From Candidatus Sericytochromatia bacterium (GTDB lineage: Bacteria > Cyanobacteriota > Sericytochromatia > S15B-MN24 > JAQBPE01), in contig JBBAPZ010000035.1 in assembly GCA_040400605.1 (NCBI GenBank), positions 1 through 15,310 on the forward strand: a DNA stretch of 15,310 nt, in the 5' to 3' direction. Positions 8,462-15,310 of this stretch are shown here, piece by piece; the first letter of the stretch is position 1, and each line of letters begins with the position of its first letter. The notes beneath the pieces are model-generated. The model saw only the letters and a list, made by a program, of their open reading frames with translations, did not search any database and was not told the origin of the DNA. The position numbers and the translations under genes are program-made.

Positions 8462-8492
8462 ATTATACACGATGGTTAAGAAAAAATTAACC
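8462..8492 (-). promoter_or_regulatory. Putative promoter of the HAD gene with a TTAA-N7-TTAA site in the -35/spacer region
   Basis: Minus strand reads GGTTAATTTTTTCTTAACCATCGTGTATAAT: a perfect -10 TATAAT (8467-8462), no good -35, and the palindrome GGTTAA-N7-TTAACC at 8474-8492. Confidence 0.55.
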
Positions 8493-8920
8493 CATTTTGA
8501 CGAATTTTTTTAAAAAAAATGCTGCTGAAATAGCTTAAATCACAAGCAGCACGCCATTTCTACGTTAAACCGAGTCTCAAGCGCCAACACGATTCACCAG
8601 ACAACTTAGGACGTTCTTAACCAGGGCAGGGTGTCAGTTAACGACTTGGCCATCACGCGTTCGTCTAGAGAAAGGCGGCGGCATCGGTCTGAGGTGCCAA
8701 CAAACATTGAAACGCCGGGTTCGATTTCAAACCAGGGCAAGCGGGGTTGCGGGCTGAAGAGCCCACTCAACCGATCAGGCGCACATTGATGCGCACCAAC
8801 CGAAAATCTGCCGATTTTCTTGGCACTATAACGGATGACAGCCCGTGGAAGTGACAGATCGGTCTGGCTCGTGAAAAACTGGCAAAGACCAAGGTTTGCG
8901 CAACTGTGACGCGTGCCTTC

Positions 8921-10234
8921 TTATTGGCGTTGCTGTTGCTTGTTTCGAAGCGCTTGCCAGTAGGCGTCGTGGTCAAATCCTGATGTGACTCGCCAGTAGA
9001 GCTTGTGCCATGCGGATAACTCGCACAGTTCATCCAGCACCTGGGTCCAGATCTTAACCAGTTTGCGAGCGCGGGCCAGATTGCGTTTCGCTTCCTGAAA
9101 ACGTTGAGACGCACTATGTTCCAGGCCGATGACCATGGCTTCCGCGAGTTGCAAATCCTTGGCAAGTTGGGCATCAAGGCGAGTCAGTTCTTGATGGAGT
9201 ACATTTTTTGCGACCAATTCGGAGCTGGTGCGCACTTGTCGTGCGCGTTGATAAGCGTCTGCAATCGGCTTGAGGCGGGCGAATTGGTCGTTTTGTCTTA
9301 CTGCTTGCTGAAGTTGGTTCTCAAGCTGACGGACTTCGCGCCGAACCATTGCGTCGACATCCAGTCTGAGGCGTTCAAGGGCCAGTTCGAACGGTGTGCC
9401 ATCCGCTTTGGCCAGCCATTCTTTAACACCGATATAAAGGGTGCGAATGGAGGGTGGGGTTTCATCCAGGCGATTATCCGCGAGATATGCAGCCATCGCA
9501 TGGCTACGTGGTGCAAGCAGGTCCTTGATTGCCTGCACCCTGTCTGGATCCTGCGCCACTTGTGCTGCGCGAATCTGCCGTTTGGCGATTCCCTGAAGCA
9601 AAATCATCGCGAACTGCAAAGGCGCAGTGGCGTGACGGTCACAAGCCAAATCAATGAAGCGGTCGAATGCGTTGACAAATTTTGGCAAGTCGCCCAAGCC
9701 ATCAGGACCCAAAGCGGATTTGTAGGCCTGCACAAGCGCACCGGTCACCGTACGTGCGTCCTGCACCTGCAGGATGGCAATCTGTAGCGGCCCGTAACCG
9801 TCCACATCAGCCAGCGCGGCCTTGTACGCTTGCTCAGCCTGATTGGCAGTTGCCATCGTTTGATAAACAGTCTGACGATGTTTACTGTGACATTCTTCGA
9901 TGAGCGTACGATAGCGCTGTTGGGCGGCTTCAACTTGCCGTCTGAAATTGGCTTCACCCTCTTCGGTGTCTAGGCGCACTTGCCTGGCTGCTTTTTTCAC
10001 CGACACCAACCGTCGCTCGACAGCCAGTTGGGCTTGCCAGAAGTAGCGGTCCGCAACCTGAACGGCGCGTTTATATTCATTGGCGTTTGCGAATTCAAGT
10101 TTGTCAGCAACCTCTCGCGGGTGCGGTGGTTCGATGGGCATCGCCGCGATGCGAGCGGGTACGCGCGGCAAAGTGCCGACGGTCGTACGAGCGTCGGACG
10201 CCTTGGAAGATTGAACCCGTGCTTGCTGCATCAT
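8921..10234 (-). CDS. Hypothetical coiled-coil-rich protein, about 437 aa
   Basis: Long ORF (track start 10387 overlaps trmB, so ATG 10234 is preferred); A/Q/E/R/L-rich heptad-like segments near both ends; no recognisable catalytic motif. Confidence 0.75.
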   Translation of the reverse strand: MMQQARVQSSKASDARTTVGTLPRVPARIAAMPIEPPHPREVADKLEFANANEYKRAVQVADRYFWQAQLAVERRLVSVKKAARQVRLDTEEGEANFRRQVEAAQQRYRTLIEECHSKHRQTVYQTMATANQAEQAYKAALADVDGYGPLQIAILQVQDARTVTGALVQAYKSALGPDGLGDLPKFVNAFDRFIDLACDRHATAPLQFAMILLQGIAKRQIRAAQVAQDPDRVQAIKDLLAPRSHAMAAYLADNRLDETPPSIRTLYIGVKEWLAKADGTPFELALERLRLDVDAMVRREVRQLENQLQQAVRQNDQFARLKPIADAYQRARQVRTSSELVAKNVLHQELTRLDAQLAKDLQLAEAMVIGLEHSASQRFQEAKRNLARARKLVKIWTQVLDELCELSAWHKLYWRVTSGFDHDAYWQALRNKQQQRQ

Positions 10235-10367
10235 CACCACACCCCAACTATCGCCATCCGATCCGAAATCGGACAGTGTTGTTTCAAAGCAACCGGGCGT
10301 TATGGTAGCGCGTGGCACGAATCCCTGACTGTGACGGGCATCATGTTCGCAACAAGCAAGCAAAATT

Positions 10368-11057
10368 TTAGTGGCGCCAGGCATCAAGCCCGTAAATTTG
10401 CCGCCCTAGCGTTAACCAACGCTTTTCGAAATCGGTCAGGACACGTGTGCGCAACACACTGATATTCACATTAAAGGGGAAGGCTGTGAGGTGATGGCAT
10501 GTGTAGTTAAACAGGTCCGGGTCATCCGTTCGAAAATGCAGATGACCGCCCGGTTTCAAAAGGGTGGCATAGATTTGCAGCATTTCGGGATGGGTGAGGC
10601 GACGTCTGGCAAAACGTTCGGCAGACCACGGGTCCGGAAACAAAAGGGTCAGGCGATCGACCTCCTCGCGGTTGAATGCGCGCAAAGAGTGGCTGGCGTC
10701 GCCCAAAACATAGCGCACGTGCCGCACGCCACGGCGCAAGGCTTTCTGGCGAGCGGTATAAATTCGATGCATTTTAAGTTCGAGGCCCACGTGATTCATG
10801 TTCGGATGCGCGGAGGCGAACTGAATGAGGTGTTCACCCAATCCCATGCCAATCTCAACGTGCAACGGGGCTTGTCGCCCGAAGTGTTCAGCCCAGGCGC
10901 CTTGACAACGCTCAGGCTTCAACACCACGTCATAGGGTGTTGCCTGATAGTAGTCCAGTGCCAAAGATTTTTTGCCCATTTTTTCGAACCCATCTGGCCA
11001 AAACGTGCTTGCCGAATACGCGCCACTCCGGTATTCTGCCAGACTGTCGGGTTTCAT
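10368..11057 (-). CDS. trmB: tRNA (guanine-N7)-methyltransferase TrmB
   Basis: SAM-binding LHVEIGMGLG, HVGLELK, LFPDPW, LKPGGHLHFRTD and TDFEKRW. The start could be the internal ATG at 10979. Confidence 0.93.
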   Translation of the reverse strand: MKPDSLAEYRSGAYSASTFWPDGFEKMGKKSLALDYYQATPYDVVLKPERCQGAWAEHFGRQAPLHVEIGMGLGEHLIQFASAHPNMNHVGLELKMHRIYTARQKALRRGVRHVRYVLGDASHSLRAFNREEVDRLTLLFPDPWSAERFARRRLTHPEMLQIYATLLKPGGHLHFRTDDPDLFNYTCHHLTAFPFNVNISVLRTRVLTDFEKRWLTLGRQIYGLDAWRH

Positions 11058-11197
11058 TGTAACAAAGGGGGTGCACGATGTGGGGTGTCGCGCAAATCAA
11101 GTATGCGAACAGCAACGTTTTCAGCCGTGGCGTTGTGGCACTGGATACCCCGCATTGGGTTCACCTGATGACGTTTCCGCGTGGCACTGATACAGAT

Positions 11198-11404
11198 ATG
11201 GCGTTGGTCAGCTTTCCGGTTGATCGCCTTGATCAGATTGAATGGATCGAAGTCCGTCTCTCATCGTTCGCCAGCGAACCGAATGGCATGCAAGCCGCCC
11301 GTGCCATGCTCGAAAAATACAAACACGCCCTTTACCCCGCGGAGGAGCAGACGGTCGACGAAGCCTCCGAGAGTTCCGTCCCAGCCTCCAATGCCCAGTT
11401 GTGA
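11198..11404 (+). CDS. Small hypothetical protein, about 68 aa
   Basis: The 3' part of ORF 11078-11404 reads like protein (MALVSFPVDRLDQIEWIEVRL...ARAMLEKYKHALYP plus an acidic tail). Start is uncertain (11168 or 11198) and the RBS is weak. Confidence 0.5.
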   Translation: MALVSFPVDRLDQIEWIEVRLSSFASEPNGMQAARAMLEKYKHALYPAEEQTVDEASESSVPASNAQL

Positions 11405-11648
11405 CCTCAGCCGAACCAGACCGAGACGCAAAGGGTGCTCCAACGGCGTCCTGCCCTCACCTTGGATGAGACGTTGAGGCCGCGAAGCATCCTTTGGCAC
11501 AGACCGCAACGTCAACATTTGACAGATGCGCCATACAGAAACGTATCGATAGTCAAGCAGTCTTTTAGATTAAGTTAAACAGCAGTACGTGGTTTCTTGA
11601 TTTTAAACCGGTCACACAAGCTTTGGATAGCAATTAATGCGTCACTGT

Positions 11649-12224
11649 TTAGCGCCACGACCAAAACAAGGTACGAACAGTACGCTCTTTTTCCGGGAAC
11701 TGTAATCCCAGTGCCGTGGTGGACGATACCCGATACTTGTAGGCGCTAAAGCGCCGCAAACCGGTGATTGTCACCATATGGTCAGTCTTGGCGACATCAT
11801 CCGTGTAAGAACCGGTGTAACCATTCTTTTCAAAGCCCCACACACGGCCATAAGAGACCTTGCCGCGGGTCGCGGTCTCCGTGCGCCACGCAACGGTCAG
11901 TGTGGTTGCAGTACGTGCCGCCACCACGACACCATACGGCGTGCGATCATCCACCCATGTCGAGGGCGGGTTATCAAATGCCATTGCAGCAATGATCGGT
12001 GGGTCATCGCCATCAAACCCGGCACCGGTTGACACCAACCGCCCCGAGTTATTCGAAATCAACTCCGTCACAATCACCGGTGTCAACGCTTGGACACCCG
12101 GAACAGCCGCCCCGACAGCTGGCGATTCAGTCCGACTGCGCTCTGGCGCGCTAACCACCGCCGGATGGCCGCACGCAGCAACCATCGCCCCAACCAGCAC
12201 CATCAAAGGCCATCTGCGCACCAT
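11649..12224 (-). CDS. Lipoprotein with fibronectin-III / purple-acid-phosphatase-N-terminal-like domain, about 191 aa
   Basis: GAGGAG RBS 7 nt before ATG 12224; signal peptide with lipobox VAAC; LISNNSG motif; FN3-type pattern TATTLTVAWRT...GKVSYG...HMVTITGL...YKYRVSS. Confidence 0.8.
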   Translation of the reverse strand: MVRRWPLMVLVGAMVAACGHPAVVSAPERSRTESPAVGAAVPGVQALTPVIVTELISNNSGRLVSTGAGFDGDDPPIIAAMAFDNPPSTWVDDRTPYGVVVAARTATTLTVAWRTETATRGKVSYGRVWGFEKNGYTGSYTDDVAKTDHMVTITGLRRFSAYKYRVSSTTALGLQFPEKERTVRTLFWSWR

Positions 12225-12393
12225 CACAACACTCCTCACCAGGATCCCGAGCTAAACAATTTGTCGCCAGTTGGTGAAAGAAATCAGACCAATTTTTGTT
12301 AAATCTTGGCTTAAGTTATGATTAAAACCCTTTCTCTGGTTACAGCCAATGCGAACACCGCTAACGGAATCCGATCGCAGGCAATCTTGACAC

Positions 12394-12422
12394 TTGCGGA
12401 CAAGGGAGGAACCTGATATATT
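12394..12422 (+). promoter_or_regulatory. Sigma70 promoter of the tRNA-Tyr/Thr operon
   Basis: TTGCGG (12394-12399), 17-nt spacer, extended -10 TGa-TATATT (12414-12422), 18 nt before tRNA-Tyr. Confidence 0.65.
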
Positions 12423-12440
12423 GAAGTTCTGACGCATCCT

Positions 12441-12525
12441 GGGAGGATGCCCGAGTGGCCAAAGGGATCTGACTGTAAATCAGACGGCTCTGCCTTCGAA
12501 GGTTCGAATCCTTCTCCTCCCACCA
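12441..12525 (+). tRNA. tRNA-Tyr(GTA)
   Basis: Acceptor GGGAGGA/TCCTCCC, discriminator A and encoded CCA; anticodon arm TCTGA-CTGTAAA-TCAGA; long variable arm; T arm GAAGG-TTCGAAT-CCTTC. Confidence 0.98.
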
Positions 12526-12529
12526 TATT

Positions 12530-12601
12530 GCCCCGGTAGCTCAGTGGTAGAGCACACCCTTGGTAAGGGTGAGGTCGGCAGTTCAATCCTGCTCTGGGGC
12601 T
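12530..12601 (+). tRNA. tRNA-Thr(GGT)
   Basis: Acceptor GCCCCGG/CTGGGGC; D arm GCTC-AGTGGTA-GAGC; anticodon arm CACCC-TTGGTAA-GGGTG; T loop TTCAATC. CCA is not encoded. Confidence 0.97.
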
Positions 12602-12604
12602 CTT

Positions 12605-12640
12605 AAAGAGTGATTCGCCATTGTTGTGAGTCACTTTTTT
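12605..12640 (+). terminator. Intrinsic terminator after tRNA-Thr
   Basis: AAAGAGTGATTCGC-cattgtt-GTGAGTCACTTTTTT hairpin with G:U pairs and a T6 tail. Confidence 0.8.
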
Positions 12641-13083
12641 AAATGAGTAGTGTGAGTGCTCACGGCGCAGCGCGCACACCTTGCTGTTCACGATTGAATA
12701 TTTGGCGTCAAGTCTGTGCGGTTTTAGGAATCGGGTGAGTGGGTTTTTGTTACATTCGCCTTGTTCAACACGTGGGTGGATTGGTTATGCGTTCAGACCG
12801 AACCTGACACGGTTTAGGCGGTTATTAGACAGTTTGCGGCAGAAATTCCTGCAAACCATCACTGACTGACCAGTAAAAAAATTCGAAGCAGCTTGCGGGT
12901 GGCATGCACTGAAACAGGCATCCAAAGGAGCTTTCAAGCGCTTTCCGATCTCCTGTCGCGTCGAACTGGCATCAAAGCGACCGCCAACGCATTTTGGTGA
13001 ATTCTGCCTTTCCCGGCTGGTCGAAATACCGTGGTAGTGGCCAAGCGACATCGGGCTTGGCCTGGATGCTGTACCCAGTGATA

Positions 13084-14574
13084 TCAGGCAGGGTCTTCAT
13101 AGATGGTACAGCGGTTGCGGCCGCCATGTTTGGAAAGATACAGCGCTTGATCGGCTCGATTGAACAGATCCGCTGGGCTGGTCGTATGTTCTGGCGCAGC
13201 GCCGATGCCAATTGATACGCTCACTGGGAGTTCCCGGCCATCTGGCAAACTGAGACCGGCTTCGTGAATGCGCGCGCGAATGCGCTCAGCCGCAACCAAG
13301 GCGCCAGCGGCGTCGGTTTCGGGCAGCAAGACCAAAAATTCCTCGCCGCCGTAGCGACCGACGAGATCAACCCCGATGCGCACGCCTTCCACAATACGAC
13401 GTGCCACGACTTGCAACGCGAGGTCACCGACTTGGTGCCCGTAGTTGTCATTAAACTTTTTGAAGTGATCGACGTCAATCACCAACAGGCTCATGCGCCC
13501 ACCATAACGTCGAACCCGGCGCCACTCTTCTTCCAGTCGGTTCATAAAATAAGACCGGATGTAGAGGCCAGTAAGGGCATCGATTGTCGCCAAACGAAGC
13601 AACCGGGCGTTTTCGACCAGGATGGTGCCTTGTTTGGCGATCGCCGTAATCACGGATAACTCCCGATCGAGATCCGAAGGCAAAGTGCTGGTGGAATCCA
13701 CGTACAAAATACCTTGAATGCCACTTTGGCCGTGCATCGGGACAGCCAAAAGCCCCCGGATGTTCATGCCTACAACCGAATGGCGCGCACTGAACTCGCG
13801 GTCGTTGCCGGCATCATAGAGAGTGACACCTTGCTGTGTTTCCAAGACTTTCTGACAGATGGCGGTCGAATAAACAATGTTTTGGTCCACGTCAAGATCA
13901 ATGTCACCCGACCGGTCTCGCGCAGCGGCGACCTGCAAACCATCGTCACCGCCAAGCAGCACCAAGGCGCGCTCGGCTTTCAGCAACTCCAGGGTCATCT
14001 GCAAGATCATATTGAGAACGCTGCGCAAATCCAGACTCTGGGTAATGTTTTGAAAAACCAGGTTGAGTTTTTCAACGTAGGCCAAGCGCTCTTGCAACTC
14101 CTGCTCTTGCGACGCACGCACCAGAGACAGCGCGATCAAACTGGTCAACGCCCTCAACTCTTGCTCTGAAGAGGGTTCAATGGGCTTGAGCGTGCCGATG
14201 TACAAAGCGCCAAAGGTGTAGCCCTGATGCTTAAGCGCCAAACAAACACCGGCTAAACCACCTTCAAAGTGATCAGGGTCTGTGGTTAACTCTGTCAGCA
14301 TCCGCGACACTGCCGAAAAGGCCTTCTGTTCATCCCCATCAGTCAGTACAGCGCCCGGCCGCACCCGATACTCCCGTACTGCTTGACGCCGACCGGGATT
14401 CGCTCCGGGGCTTTGGTGAATGACCATCGCATTTTCGGCATCAAACAGCACCAGCAACTCATCAAGAACGTCTGTCAGCAACTGTTCGCTATGGTTATTG
14501 GCTAGAATCCGTTCGGCGAGGCAAAACGCCTTGTGACGATCGGAGACTGGCGCTGGCAAAGGCGGGGTGGTCAC
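13084..14574 (-). CDS. GAF-GAF-GGDEF diguanylate cyclase, 496 aa
   Basis: GTG start after AAGGGAG; two GAF-like domains (second ends LLAVPM...GILYVD); DALTGL, DVDHFKKFNDNYGHQVGD, RYGGEEF, VSIG and ADQALYLSKHGGRN. Confidence 0.93.
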   Translation of the reverse strand: MTTPPLPAPVSDRHKAFCLAERILANNHSEQLLTDVLDELLVLFDAENAMVIHQSPGANPGRRQAVREYRVRPGAVLTDGDEQKAFSAVSRMLTELTTDPDHFEGGLAGVCLALKHQGYTFGALYIGTLKPIEPSSEQELRALTSLIALSLVRASQEQELQERLAYVEKLNLVFQNITQSLDLRSVLNMILQMTLELLKAERALVLLGGDDGLQVAAARDRSGDIDLDVDQNIVYSTAICQKVLETQQGVTLYDAGNDREFSARHSVVGMNIRGLLAVPMHGQSGIQGILYVDSTSTLPSDLDRELSVITAIAKQGTILVENARLLRLATIDALTGLYIRSYFMNRLEEEWRRVRRYGGRMSLLVIDVDHFKKFNDNYGHQVGDLALQVVARRIVEGVRIGVDLVGRYGGEEFLVLLPETDAAGALVAAERIRARIHEAGLSLPDGRELPVSVSIGIGAAPEHTTSPADLFNRADQALYLSKHGGRNRCTIYEDPA

Positions 14575-14868
14575 AACAGAAACTCCCTTTTGTTAATCAA
14601 TGACGCGGCGCACGTTATACCCTGCTATTCGACAACCAGAAGCAACTGACCGCGGCGTCACACCTGCTCATTCGATGTTGCATTCCTACCGGTAGAACAC
14701 TACGACATCTCTGGCCTCGTTCAGGCATCACCGCTTGACAGGCCCTTAAAGCGACTCGTCCTTGACCCCAAAGGCCGAGCGTTCGCACGCCAATCCAGAC
14801 AGGACACGTCTAGCATTCCCCGATGTCCCACAGTTCTAACGCACGTCCACAGCAATCATAATAATCCC

Positions 14869-15174
14869 CGAGTTGGCTTTTTAGCGAGGCTGGCCCCAAA
14901 ACCGACCAGACTGACCTGAGGCGCATTGCTCAGGGGAGAGCCGGCAGTCGTCAGTGATCGCCATGAGAACAACCGCACAAGGTTGTCACCATCGTTTCGA
15001 TGAATCAGGGGCGCCGAGACTGCAGTGAAACGGGTATGCAAAAAGCGCCCGCATCAAGTCTCGATCCAACCGGATGCAAACCGCCCCTTGTCAGGAATGA
15101 GCATAACCGATATACATAAGGGTTGCGAAGCAGGGCCGAACGTGGCCGCGTTTGTAGGAGGATGGAAGCAGGAT
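14869..15174 (+). ncRNA. Candidate structured 5' leader RNA of tuf (unassigned family)
   Basis: Possible promoter TTCTAA-17-CATAAT (14834-14862) followed by about 300 nt with many nested helices (see findings). No family recognised. Confidence 0.35.
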
Positions 15175-15310
15175 ATGGCACGCGCCAAATTTGAGCGAAA
15201 CAAAACCCACGTGAACATTGGCACCATTGGTCACGTTGATCACGGCAAGACCACCTTGACTGCGGCGATCACAATGACCTTGGCGGCATTGGGTCAGGCT
15301 GAAGCGAAGA
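15175..15310 (+). CDS. tuf: Elongation factor Tu, 5' fragment (runs off the window)
   Basis: [45 protein letters not shown] with P-loop [14 protein letters not shown] and AGGA upstream. Confidence 0.98.
   Translation, partial: MARAKFERNKTHVNIGTIGHVDHGKTTLTAAITMTLAALGQAEAK

Noticed and set aside
8714..8730. tRNA T-arm or att-site remnant (GGGTTCGATT)
   Set aside because: No closing T-stem or acceptor strand, and no match to the 3' ends of the three tRNAs in the window.
12797..12830. TPP riboswitch (GAACCTGA)
   Set aside because: Lacks the CTGAGA element and the 3' consensus; no downstream gene on that strand.
4886..14169. Long antisense or alternative-frame ORFs (4886-5383, 9104-9787, 10491-11168, 12311-12691, 13714-14169 and others)
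   Set aside because: Shadow ORFs opposite well-supported genes or tRNAs.
14918..15030. Lysine or glycine riboswitch, or T-box, in the tuf leader
   Set aside because: Only isolated words match (GAGGCGC, GGAGAG, CGCCGA); spacing and the other conserved elements do not.
12602..15174. Integrative element at tRNA-Thr
   Set aside because: No integrase and no convincing duplication of the tRNA 3' end; kept only as a synteny observation.

Overview
A 15.3-kb bacterial chromosomal window of mostly core and housekeeping genes. In order it holds the 3' part of tRNA-Leu(CAG) with its terminator, a short heptad-repeat ORF remnant, a large NHL-repeat lipoprotein, an NhaD-type Na+/H+ antiporter, a hypothetical protein, an SRPBCC-like gene coupled to nadA, and a HAD hydrolase. 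These are followed by a coiled-coil hypothetical, trmB, a small ORF, an FN3-type lipoprotein, tRNA-Tyr(GTA) and tRNA-Thr(GGT), a GAF-GAF-GGDEF diguanylate cyclase and the 5' end of tuf. The cyanobacteria-like EF-Tu N-terminus and the 'L(I/V)SNN(A/S)G' lipoprotein motifs suggest a non-photosynthetic relative of cyanobacteria such as Sericytochromatia (inference only). The most striking unexplained signal is non-coding: almost every long intergenic spacer is organised into nested inverted repeats or multibranch folds. The best examples are a switch-like element upstream of nhaD, a roughly 300-nt structured tuf leader, a four-way junction at 8770-8863 and a hairpin array upstream of the NHL gene. 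Helices were found by eye; no folding energies or database searches were computed.
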